Assembly: GCA_963692915.1 (NCBI GenBank)
Contig: OY843584.1
Location: forward strand, 320,001 to 384,000
Source: Cenarchaeum sp.
Lineage (GTDB): Archaea; Thermoproteota; Nitrososphaeria; Nitrososphaerales; Nitrosopumilaceae
Reading direction: 5' to 3'
Length of the DNA stretch: 64,000 nucleotides
Every line of letters begins with the position of its first letter. The first letter of the stretch is position 1. Below the pieces are notes generated by a model. It had not been told where the DNA came from, made no database searches, and was given only the letters and a program-made list of their open reading frames with translations. Below are positions 36,406 to 45,730 of the stretch, in pieces. The position numbers were made by a program, and so were the translations under genes.

Positions 36406-37941
36406 GGGTATCTTGAAGACGCGCTTGAAATACTCTGAATTCTCTGGTGCCTCCTCGGCGCCATCATGCACGCCGGCGAGGTTCTTGGCAAGACCCTTCT
36501 TGTAGCCAAGCTGCATCTGCCGGGCGATCTGTATGCGCTGGGCCTGCGGCGAGCCGGCCCCGTGCATGGACTCGGTCAGGTAACCGACGGCGTTGCGCCC
36601 GAGCGTCATGTTCTCTATGAGGCGCAGTATCCTCATGCGGCTCTCGACGTCGACGCCCCTGCGGCCGGTGAGATACTTTTTCAGGAGCGGGCCGGTCTCC
36701 GGATCCCTAAAGTCCATCTCGGAGGGAAGCGTGACGACTAGGCCGCCGGCTATGTCCTGCGCGAGGCGCGATATCTCGTAGGGAAAGCGCGTCACGTTGT
36801 GCTTGCAGACCTGCGCTAGCATGTCGTCGTTGAGCCAGACGCCCGAGTCCATCCTGTGCGCCTGGTACGACGAGGCGATTCCGGCAGCATATATCGACTC
36901 GTTGAGGTGTGTCATCTCGACGAGCTTGTCCTTTATGTGCGAGACCTTTGGCACGCCGTTATAGTCGGCGATCGTGGCAGCGGCCCCTATCATTACGTCG
37001 CCGAGGCCAGTCTTGCAGACATAGCTGCGGCGGTGATAGCACGTAAAGCGCTCGACTAGCATTGCGGCAAACTCGTGCTCGCCGTCCATAAAGATGCGCT
37101 CCCACGGTATAAAGACGCGATCCAGCAGTATGAGGGCCTCCTGGCCGGCAAACTTTGCGTTTCCGGCGTCAATGTCGCCCTCCTCCATGCTGCGCGTGTC
37201 GCATGACTGCCTGCCATAGATGTACGTGACGCCCTTTGCATCCACGGGAATTGCGCCGACTATGGCGTATTCCCTGTCGGCCTCGCCGAGGCGCATGGTC
37301 GGCATCACAATTATCCAGTGGGAGTTTATGCAGCCCGTCTGGTGGGCCTTTGCGCCGGTGACATAGACGCCACGCTCGTCGCGCTCCACAACGTGGACAA
37401 AGACGTCAGGGTCGTCCTGCTCGGATGGCGCCTTTGCGCGATCGCCCTTTGGGTCAGTCATCGCCCCGCCGATGACGAGGTTCTCCTCCTGGACCATCGT
37501 GATGAACTTGAGGAGGCGCTCGTGGTACTTTGTGCCGTGCGCCGTGTCGATCTCGTGCGTTGTCGAGTGGAGCGAGTTTAGCGCGTCCATGCCGACGCAG
37601 CGCTGAAAGCACGTGCCGGTGAGCTGCCCAAGCTTGCGCTGCATCTTGTTCTGCAGGACGAGGTCCTCGGCGTTCTCGGCTATGTGGAGGAACCTGTTGA
37701 CGCGCCTGCCAGATATTGACGAGTCCGCCGAGGCAAGCTCCTCCTCGCGCACGGCGAGGTCGTACGTCTCGGCGACTGCGTTGATGGACGGTCGTATCAT
37801 GGGGTGGTCAACTGGCTCCTCGACGCGCTTGCCCATGAGAAATACGCGCAATCCCCTGCCGCGTAGGCTCTGGATGTACTCCTCGCCCGTCCTGATCGGA
37901 ACTACGCTCTGCACGCCACTCTTGCCCACTGTCACCGGCAT
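36382..37941 (-). CDS. hcd: 4-hydroxybutyryl-CoA dehydratase
   Basis: TGTCFQRCVGMD, GAMTDPKGDR, GAKAHQTG, YHRRSYVCK, ESMHGAGSPQAQ. Confidence 0.95.
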   Translation of the reverse strand: MPVTVGKSGVQSVVPIRTGEEYIQSLRGRGLRVFLMGKRVEEPVDHPMIRPSINAVAETYDLAVREEELASADSSISGRRVNRFLHIAENAEDLVLQNKMQRKLGQLTGTCFQRCVGMDALNSLHSTTHEIDTAHGTKYHERLLKFITMVQEENLVIGGAMTDPKGDRAKAPSEQDDPDVFVHVVERDERGVYVTGAKAHQTGCINSHWIIVMPTMRLGEADREYAIVGAIPVDAKGVTYIYGRQSCDTRSMEEGDIDAGNAKFAGQEALILLDRVFIPWERIFMDGEHEFAAMLVERFTCYHRRSYVCKTGLGDVMIGAAATIADYNGVPKVSHIKDKLVEMTHLNESIYAAGIASSYQAHRMDSGVWLNDDMLAQVCKHNVTRFPYEISRLAQDIAGGLVVTLPSEMDFRDPETGPLLKKYLTGRRGVDVESRMRILRLIENMTLGRNAVGYLTESMHGAGSPQAQRIQIARQMQLGYKKGLAKNLAGVHDGAEEAPENSEYFKRVFKIPLAAGRPE

Positions 37942-37993
37942 GGCACTAGCGCACCATGGGGTTCTATAAAAATTCTAGACGTGATCGCAAGGA

Positions 37994-40123
37994 TCATGCG
38001 GCATGGGACACGCCCGCGCCCTCACTTTGGAGGCCTATGCGCACGTCAAGGACGCGGCAGCCGCGCCCGCGGCCCATGACCATGACGGGGTTTAGGTCCA
38101 GCTCGCGAATCTCGGGCAGGTCAGAGACGAGCTGCGAGACTCGCTGAATGCACTCGGCTAGGGCCGCCTTGTCCGAGGCCTCCTCGCCTCGTACGCCATC
38201 GAGCAGGCGGGCAGTCTTTATCGACGATATCATCGAGCGGGCCTCGCGGCTCGATATGGGCGCGATGCCAAAGACGACGTCCTTTAGAACCTCCACGTAT
38301 ATGCCGCCGGCGCCGAGCATGACTGCCTGTCCGACGTTTGGCTCGAGCTTTGAGCCGATGATCATCTCCCTGCCGCCCTTGACCATCTCCACTACGAGAA
38401 CTCCGTTGACCTGTGCGCGCCGGTCGTACTTTTTGGCATTCCTCACAATCTCGGTATATGCAGAACGCACGGCCGAATCGCCATCAACATTGACCTTTAC
38501 GCCACCGGCATCAGACTTGTGCGTTATCTGCGGTGATGCCACCTTTAGGACGACGGGATATCCTATCTTCCTGGCCACCTTTACGGCCTCGGCAGCCGAG
38601 CGCGCAAGGGCAGACTGCGGCAGCGGCAGGCCGTACGCACGGAGTATCTCAATGCCCTCTTCCTCTAGGAGTGACCTCCTGCCCTCGCGCACGGCTCCCT
38701 CGACTATTGCCCTCGCGCGTGACGCACTCGCCCTGAACCTCTTCACGCTACCCTTGGACTCGCGCGTCGAGGCCGCAAAGCGCAGCATCACGCCGAGTGT
38801 CCTGATCGCCGCCTCTGCATATGGATAGTGCGGAACCCCACCGTCGGCAAGTATCTGACGGTTTGTGATCCCCTCGTCTATGCCCATGAGGCTTGCAAGT
38901 ACTGTCTTTTTGTGTTTTTTTGACATTTCGACTATTACGCGGGCAAGGCCGTCATAGTCAAGCGTGGCTGACGGCGTGCACATTGCAATGACTGAGCCGA
39001 CGTTGCGGTGAGCCAGGACAACGTCGAGGACTCCCCTAAACCTCGAATAGTCGGCATCGCCGACAATGTCGACAGGGTTGCGCGAGCTGCCCCATGGGGG
39101 AATGACTGCGTCTATTGCGGGCCTGGCCGAGGTGATGTCGGCCATGCGTATGCCGAGGCGCGAGCACGCATCAGTCGATATTATGGCCGGCCCGCCGGCG
39201 TTTGAGACTATTGCGAGATCACCGCGCAGCGGGAGCGGCTGCTTTGAGAATGCAGTCGCATAGTCAAAGAGCTCGCCCATCGTGTCAACGCGTATGGCTC
39301 CGGACTGGCGAAGGAGCGCATCGTACGTCTCATCAGACCCCATGAGCGCACCCGTGTGCGACATTGCGGCCTTTGCGCCCTCGGGACTGCGTCCTGCCTT
39401 TAGCACAAGAACCGGCTTTTTGAGCTTTTTAGTTATGTGGCCACACACGCGCATAAACTCGCCGCCATCGCCCATGTCCTCTAGGTACATGACTATGACC
39501 TTCGTCTGGCGGTGCTCGCCGAGCATCTTTAGAACCTCCGTCTCGCTCATCGCCGCCTTGTTGCCCATGCTGACTATGGCCGAAAAGCCGATCCCCTGGG
39601 CGCTAGCGTCCTCGGCGAGCGCTGCGCATATGGCGCCGCTCTGCGAGACGAGCGCGACGCCGCCGGACTTTGGCGTTATCTTTAGGAATGTCGAATTCAT
39701 CATCGTCTTTGGGTCTAGGTTCATCACGCCGAGGCAGTTGGGTCCTATCATTCGTATTCCGTGCCTCTTGGCGATCGCGCCAAGCTCGGCCTCTAGCTTG
39801 GCGCCGGCCTCGTCTACCTCCTTGAATCCTGCAGTTATGACGATCGCGCCACGGACGCCTTTTTTGCCACACTCCTCCATCACAGTCGGCACGATCGTGT
39901 TCCTCGTCACTATGACTGCAAGGTCGACCGGACCGCGCACGTCAAGGACAGACGCATATGCCTTTTTGCCAAAGACTGTCTTGCGCGTTGGGCTTATTGG
40001 GTAGACCTTGCCCCTGTATCCGGAGATTATGTTTGACGTTATTGCGCTGCCGACACTGCCCTTCTTGTCTGATGCGCCGATCACGGCTATTGACCTTGGC
40101 GAGAGAATTACCGAGTCTGCCAT
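37994..40123 (-). CDS. ADP-forming acyl-CoA ligase, probably 4-hydroxybutyrate--CoA ligase
   Basis: SIAVIGAS, GPNCLG, SQSGA, SHTGAL, NPVD, HKSDAGGV, ELDLNP; adjacent to hcd as in other AOA. Confidence 0.88.
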   Translation of the reverse strand: MADSVILSPRSIAVIGASDKKGSVGSAITSNIISGYRGKVYPISPTRKTVFGKKAYASVLDVRGPVDLAVIVTRNTIVPTVMEECGKKGVRGAIVITAGFKEVDEAGAKLEAELGAIAKRHGIRMIGPNCLGVMNLDPKTMMNSTFLKITPKSGGVALVSQSGAICAALAEDASAQGIGFSAIVSMGNKAAMSETEVLKMLGEHRQTKVIVMYLEDMGDGGEFMRVCGHITKKLKKPVLVLKAGRSPEGAKAAMSHTGALMGSDETYDALLRQSGAIRVDTMGELFDYATAFSKQPLPLRGDLAIVSNAGGPAIISTDACSRLGIRMADITSARPAIDAVIPPWGSSRNPVDIVGDADYSRFRGVLDVVLAHRNVGSVIAMCTPSATLDYDGLARVIVEMSKKHKKTVLASLMGIDEGITNRQILADGGVPHYPYAEAAIRTLGVMLRFAASTRESKGSVKRFRASASRARAIVEGAVREGRRSLLEEEGIEILRAYGLPLPQSALARSAAEAVKVARKIGYPVVLKVASPQITHKSDAGGVKVNVDGDSAVRSAYTEIVRNAKKYDRRAQVNGVLVVEMVKGGREMIIGSKLEPNVGQAVMLGAGGIYVEVLKDVVFGIAPISSREARSMISSIKTARLLDGVRGEEASDKAALAECIQRVSQLVSDLPEIRELDLNPVMVMGRGRGCRVLDVRIGLQSEGAGVSHAA

Positions 40124-40183
40124 TGTGTGCGGTGCACGCGAGGCGTGTTGGATAATAAAGGTATGCGCCGGCTCGGGTGGGGC

Positions 40184-41032
40184 CTAGACCCTTGGGATGA
40201 GACCGACACGCGAGCGTGCCGTGAGGGCGACTATGGCGATTATTGATATGGCCAGGACTGTCATCACAACTGCGCCAAACTCTGGCACGACGAGGCACTG
40301 GCTAATCTCAACGTCGACGCTCTTTTTGAAGAGCGTGTTGGTTCCCTGCTGGACGTTTATCATATAGTCGCCGTCCTGCTCCCACTGCGGACACCCAATC
40401 ATGATGTCGGCGCTGAACTGACCTGAGGATGACGGCGTCACCTGCTCGGTGTGAACCTTGTTGCCGTTTGGCGCCTCTACGATTATCGTGATGTCGTTAG
40501 CCCCGGATGTGGTCTTTCCCTGTATCGCGATGACACTGGCGCCAGGCTGCGCGTCGGCCGTGAACTCTAGGCCGGGCGTCATTACCATGCTGCGCTCTCG
40601 TGGAGTTGTGGCAGTTTCGCCTATGAGCGAGGACTTTGAACCGCTGCTAGTGTCCGTCACGCTGCCGTTGGTGACGAGGATGTTGACCGAGAGGTTGTGC
40701 GCCGAGGAGGATGCTGACTGGCTCTGGTTCACGTTTACGGTGTAGATGCCGTCCTGATCCCAGCCGATTATGCCTGCCTTGGCCGTAAACTCAAAGGTGC
40801 CATCAGCGCCTGGATTGTCCTGATCGACATGAACCACGTTGCCCTGCTGTGTCGTGATCTTTACGGTGATGGGGTCAGTCTTTGTCGTTACGCCGTCTAT
40901 CATAATGTCGCTACCGTCACTGGTCGTGACATTGATGCTCATGCCAGTCTGGCCCATTGCCTGTGAGGCTGGAACCATGAGGAGGGTGACTGCGATCAGG
41001 GCGAGTCCGTAAACTTGCGTCTTCATCAGCAC
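40184..41032 (-). CDS. PEFG-CTERM surface protein with two Ig-like repeats
   Basis: Signal peptide; VVPEFG plus TM plus basic tail. Confidence 0.9.
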   Translation of the reverse strand: MLMKTQVYGLALIAVTLLMVPASQAMGQTGMSINVTTSDGSDIMIDGVTTKTDPITVKITTQQGNVVHVDQDNPGADGTFEFTAKAGIIGWDQDGIYTVNVNQSQSASSSAHNLSVNILVTNGSVTDTSSGSKSSLIGETATTPRERSMVMTPGLEFTADAQPGASVIAIQGKTTSGANDITIIVEAPNGNKVHTEQVTPSSSGQFSADIMIGCPQWEQDGDYMINVQQGTNTLFKKSVDVEISQCLVVPEFGAVVMTVLAISIIAIVALTARSRVGLIPRV

Positions 41033-41082
41033 GAGACCTCAACCTGTCTATATTTATGTATATTCAGGCGATCCACGCCTAG

Positions 41083-41949
41083 TCAGTACCTTGGCAGAAT
41101 GCTGAGCCGAGACCTTGCGCTCACGGCCACTATGGATATTATGGCCACTGCAAGGACGAGCATGGCTACTGTGCCAAACTCTGGAACGATAAAGCTCCCG
41201 ATTATCTCTATGAGCTGACCATCACCTGCAAAGAATTCTATGACTAGTGTGCGAGTCATGGGGTCATTGGTCTCACTGACATCGACTATCACGCCGTCGA
41301 TCAGGACTGTAAAGGGAACATCATCGCCCTCGGCACCCTCTGTCCTGGAGTCAAGTATGCTTCTGGGTATGTCGATAGTCAGCATGCCATCGTCAGTCGC
41401 ATTGATCGTTATGTCAATTGATGGTGAGCCACTTGAGCCTGGGGCTATGCTGACGATCTCACCGCCAACAATATCGACAACCAGGCCGGTGAGCATGGCG
41501 TCTATGACTGGGACAGGCTCGGGTTCTGGCTCTGGCGTGGGGGCACCACCGCCATACTCTATGGTCGTCGTTGCCTTGAGTAAGCCTGTTGGTCCATAGG
41601 TCGCCTCCACCGTGTATGTTCCAGGGTTTGTCCATAGGGGACCGCCTGCCGTGAACTCTATTGTGAACTGGTTGTTCTCAACGTTAGTCTGGGCAAAAAA
41701 GACGCGATTGCCGTTGGGTGCCATGACTTGCATGGCGAGCGCGCCCTGCTGGATGCTTGAGACCGTGCCGTTTATCGTGACCCTCTCGCCAGTCGCGTAC
41801 GACTCTTTGTCAGGAGTGAGCGTTATTGGGGCAGTGGTGGCAGGTGCGGAGACCTGAGCGTACGAGGAGACAGTGCCCACGCTCGATAGCATGATTGCCG
41901 AGATGGTGATCGCCAAGATAGCTGCCGCGTTCAACGTCCACCCCCCCAA
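41083..41949 (-). CDS. PEFG-CTERM surface protein
   Basis: Signal peptide; IVPEFG plus TM; start uncertain. Confidence 0.9.
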   Translation of the reverse strand: MGGWTLNAAAILAITISAIMLSSVGTVSSYAQVSAPATTAPITLTPDKESYATGERVTINGTVSSIQQGALAMQVMAPNGNRVFFAQTNVENNQFTIEFTAGGPLWTNPGTYTVEATYGPTGLLKATTTIEYGGGAPTPEPEPEPVPVIDAMLTGLVVDIVGGEIVSIAPGSSGSPSIDITINATDDGMLTIDIPRSILDSRTEGAEGDDVPFTVLIDGVIVDVSETNDPMTRTLVIEFFAGDGQLIEIIGSFIVPEFGTVAMLVLAVAIISIVAVSARSRLSILPRY

Positions 41950-42126
41950 AGAAGGTGCTATTTAAGTATATTTTATGAACCGCAATACCTTGTGGCCTAT
42001 GACATTATTCACCTGTGGGGGCATGTTCTCCTCTTAGTATATATTGAGCGTTGCGGGCAGTGCTCGCAAATTGTCTAGCAAGCAGCCTGCCATGCCCATT
42101 GCTGCGCATGGGGGCTGAAGAGACAG

Positions 42127-42375
42127 TTGGTAAAAAAGAATCCAGTTCTAGTTCCTGATCATGTCTATGTCCCCAGGCATGAGATAGTCTCCAAGGCCGA
42201 GGCCGAGGAGGTCATTCGCCAGTACAACTGCCGACTCACCGAGCTCCCGCTCATATTTGCAACCGATCCGGCCATAGTCGGCCTCGGTGTAAAGCCCGGC
42301 GACCTGATCAAGATCACGCGCAAGAGCAGCACGGCTGGCGAGAGCGTATACTATCGCTATGTCGTGGAGGTGTAG
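42127..42375 (+). CDS. rpo5: RNA polymerase subunit Rpo5 (H)
   Basis: HVYVPRHEI, LPLIFATDP, PGDLIKITRKSSTAG..YYRYV. Confidence 0.96.
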   Translation: MVKKNPVLVPDHVYVPRHEIVSKAEAEEVIRQYNCRLTELPLIFATDPAIVGLGVKPGDLIKITRKSSTAGESVYYRYVVEV

Positions 42376-45300
42376 GTGGGTATGGCAGACCCCTCTAGCA
42401 AGCGATGGCCGATAATCCAGGACATCCTGCGGCGCGAGGGCATTGCGCGGCAGCATCTCAACTCGTTTGACGAGTTTCTCGAGCGCGGAATGCAGAGCAT
42501 CATTGACGAGGTGAGCCAGATCGAGATCGAGAACGCCGAGTATCCGTACCGGATACAGCTGGGCAAGATAAAACGCAAAAAGCCACGCATGATGGAGCTC
42601 GACGGATCGATAACGAGCATAACGCCGGCAGAGGCTCGATTGCGCAACGTTACGTATGCCGCGCCGATTCACGTCGAGGCGCACGTGATCGAGGACAACA
42701 AGGTTCTGGAGACAAAGGATATACACGTCGGTGATATACCGGTAATGATAAAGTCTAGCATGTGCGTGCTCAATGGTTACAGCGACGACAAGCTAATCGA
42801 GTATGGCGAGGACACGCGCGACCCTGGCGGATACTTTGTCATTAACGGCTCTGAGCGTGTTATCGTTGGCCTGGAGGATCTCTCCTACAACAAGATCATA
42901 GTCGACAAAGACAAGATCAGCAACAACCTTGTCTACAAGGCAAAGGTCTACTCGTCGATAATCGGATATCGCTCAAAGCTCGAGCTCTTGATGAAAAAGG
43001 ACGACCTTATCGTTGCGCGCATACCGGGCTCACCGGTTGACATTCCCGTGATTACGCTCATGCGCGCACTCGGTGTAGAATCTGACAAGGACATCGCCTC
43101 TACGGTCTCGCTAGTTGACTCGATAAGCAACGAGCTCGAAGCGTCGTTCGAAAAGTCCGGCGACGTGCTGACCTCCAAGGACGCCATCGTGTACATCAGC
43201 AAGAGGATAGCGCCTGGCATGCTCGAGGAGTTTCAGATAAAGCGCGCCGAGACGCTCCTTGACTGGAGCCTCCTACCGCACCTTGGCAAGCATCCTGAGA
43301 ACCGCAAGGAGAAGGCACGATTCCTCGGCGAGGCCGCATGCAAGCTGTTAGAGCTAAAGCTTGGCTGGATAGAGCCTGATGACAAGGATCACTATGGCAA
43401 CAAGGTCGTAAAGTTCGCCGGCCAGATGCTCGCAGACCTCTTTAGGACTGCGTTTCGCAGCCTCGTGCGTGACATGAAGTACCAGCTCGAGCGATCCGGC
43501 CAAAAGCGTGGAATCAACGCAGTCGCCGCAGCGGTGAGACCGGGCATCATATCAGACAAGCTCAACAACGCCATAGCGACGGGCAACTGGGGTCGTGGGC
43601 GCATGGGAGTCACGCAACTCCTAGACCGCACAAACTACCTCTCGACGATCAGCCACCTTCGGCGAATCCAGTCCCCGCTTAGCCGCACGCAGCCAAACTT
43701 TGAGGCGCGCGACCTCCATGCGACGCACTTTGGCCGCATATGCCCGAGCGAGACGCCAGAGGGCTCAAACTGTGGACTCGTCAAGAACCTCGCGCTCTCG
43801 GCGCTAATCTCGGTTCACGTCTCCCCAGAGGAGGTCGTCGAGCGCATCTTTAGCATGGGCGTGACGGTGTTTGATGACACGAAGGATGACGTAAAGCGAA
43901 GCGGCACGCGCATATTTGTTGACGGCAAGCTGATTGGATACCACAAGGACGGCCAGAACCTCGCTGACACGATGCGTGAGCTGCGCCGCTCGGGCAAGCT
44001 CCACGCGCACATTGGAATATCAATCCAAAAGCCGGCCGCCGAGGGCGCAACGTCGCGTCTCTATGTCAACTGCAACGCCGGCCGAGTCATGCGCCCGCTC
44101 GTCGTTATCAAGGATGGCCGCTCGCTACTCACACCAGAGATGCTCGAAAAGGTGGAAAAGCGCGTCATTCCGTGGACAGACCTTCTGCGTGACGGCATTA
44201 TAGAGCTCATCGATGCAAACGAGGAGGAGAACTATTACATTACGCTAAACGACAAGGACACCAAAAAGTACACGCACCTCGAGATATTCACCTCGGCGAT
44301 ACTGGGTGTTGGCGCCTCGATAATACCGTATCCCGAGCACAACCAGTCGCCAAGGAACACGTACGAGTCAGCCATGGCCAAGCAGAGCCTCGGATTCTCA
44401 ACGCCGGTCATGAACACGAGCACGTACGTGCGGCAGCACTTTATGCTCTACCCGCAGGTTCCAATAGTCACGACAAAGGCGATGAACCTACTGAGCCTCG
44501 AGGAGAGGCCGGCCGGCCAGAACTGCGTCGTGGCGGTTCTCCCCTTTGACGGGTACAACATCGAGGACGCCATAGTCCTCAGCAAGTCGTCTGTCGAGCG
44601 CGGCCTGGCACGCACGTTCTTTTACCGCATATATGACGCCGAGGCAAAGCAGTATCCTGGCGGCATGCGCGATTCCTTTGAGATACCTAGGGCCGATGAG
44701 AACGTGCGCGGCTACAAGGGGGACAGGGCGTACCGCCTCCTCGAGGCCGACGGCGTAGTGGCCTCAGAGGCCAACGTGACCGGAGGCGATGTTCTCATAG
44801 GCAAGACGAGCCCGCCGAGGTTCATGGAGGAGTACCGTGAGTTCGAGTCTAGCGGCCCTTACAGGCGCGACACGTCAGTCGGCGTGAGGCCGTCTGAGGG
44901 TGGCATGGTCGACACAGTGGTCATGACGCAGTCTGATGAAGGCGGGCGGATGTACAAGATTCGCGTGCGCGACATGCGCGTGCCGGAGATCGGCGACAAG
45001 TTCGCCTCGCGTCACGGCCAAAAGGGCGTTCTTGGCATACTGGCAAAGTGCGAGGATCTCCCATACACAAAGGACGGCGTCTCGCCAGATGTCCTCATTA
45101 ACCCACATGCGTTCCCATCACGAATGACTGTTGGCATGTTCATGGAGTCGATCACGGGCAAGGCTGCTGCGCTGCGCGGCTCAAAGTTTGACGGCTCGGC
45201 GTTTGTGGGCGAAAAGATGGACGAGGTAAAGCAGGCAATGGAGACGCAGGGCTTCAAGTATTCGGGCAAGGAGGTCATGTATGACGGGCGCACTGGCAGA

Positions 45301-45729
45301 CCGTTTGACGTTGAGGTCTTTATCGGCGTCGTCTATTACCAAAAGCTCCACCACATGGTCGCAGACAAGATACACGCGCGTGCACGCGGGCAGGTTCAGA
45401 TGCTCACAAAGCAGCCTACTGAAGGGCGCGCACGCGGCGGCGGCTTGCGCTTTGGAGAGATGGAGCGCGACTGCCTCATCGCGTACGGGGCCTCTATGAT
45501 ACTAAAGGACAGGCTCCTCGACGAGTCTGACAAGTCCTCTGTCTATGTCTGCGAGCGTTGTGGGCTAGTCGCATACCATGACGTAAAGATGCGCCGCTAT
45601 GTCTGCAGGGTCTGTGGTGACAAGGCAAAGGTGTCATCCGTGTCCGTCGCTTATGCGTTCAAGCTGCTACTGCAGGAGATGCAGAGCCTCAACGTCGCGC
45701 CGAGGCTGCTCATCAGGGAGAGGGTCTGA
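42376..45729 (+). CDS. rpo2: RNA polymerase subunit Rpo2 (B)
   Basis: GGYFVINGSE, ETPEG, GDKFASRHGQKG, GLRFGEMERD. Confidence 0.98.
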   Translation: MGMADPSSKRWPIIQDILRREGIARQHLNSFDEFLERGMQSIIDEVSQIEIENAEYPYRIQLGKIKRKKPRMMELDGSITSITPAEARLRNVTYAAPIHVEAHVIEDNKVLETKDIHVGDIPVMIKSSMCVLNGYSDDKLIEYGEDTRDPGGYFVINGSERVIVGLEDLSYNKIIVDKDKISNNLVYKAKVYSSIIGYRSKLELLMKKDDLIVARIPGSPVDIPVITLMRALGVESDKDIASTVSLVDSISNELEASFEKSGDVLTSKDAIVYISKRIAPGMLEEFQIKRAETLLDWSLLPHLGKHPENRKEKARFLGEAACKLLELKLGWIEPDDKDHYGNKVVKFAGQMLADLFRTAFRSLVRDMKYQLERSGQKRGINAVAAAVRPGIISDKLNNAIATGNWGRGRMGVTQLLDRTNYLSTISHLRRIQSPLSRTQPNFEARDLHATHFGRICPSETPEGSNCGLVKNLALSALISVHVSPEEVVERIFSMGVTVFDDTKDDVKRSGTRIFVDGKLIGYHKDGQNLADTMRELRRSGKLHAHIGISIQKPAAEGATSRLYVNCNAGRVMRPLVVIKDGRSLLTPEMLEKVEKRVIPWTDLLRDGIIELIDANEEENYYITLNDKDTKKYTHLEIFTSAILGVGASIIPYPEHNQSPRNTYESAMAKQSLGFSTPVMNTSTYVRQHFMLYPQVPIVTTKAMNLLSLEERPAGQNCVVAVLPFDGYNIEDAIVLSKSSVERGLARTFFYRIYDAEAKQYPGGMRDSFEIPRADENVRGYKGDRAYRLLEADGVVASEANVTGGDVLIGKTSPPRFMEEYREFESSGPYRRDTSVGVRPSEGGMVDTVVMTQSDEGGRMYKIRVRDMRVPEIGDKFASRHGQKGVLGILAKCEDLPYTKDGVSPDVLINPHAFPSRMTVGMFMESITGKAAALRGSKFDGSAFVGEKMDEVKQAMETQGFKYSGKEVMYDGRTGRPFDVEVFIGVVYYQKLHHMVADKIHARARGQVQMLTKQPTEGRARGGGLRFGEMERDCLIAYGASMILKDRLLDESDKSSVYVCERCGLVAYHDVKMRRYVCRVCGDKAKVSSVSVAYAFKLLLQEMQSLNVAPRLLIRERV

Positions 45730-45730
45730 C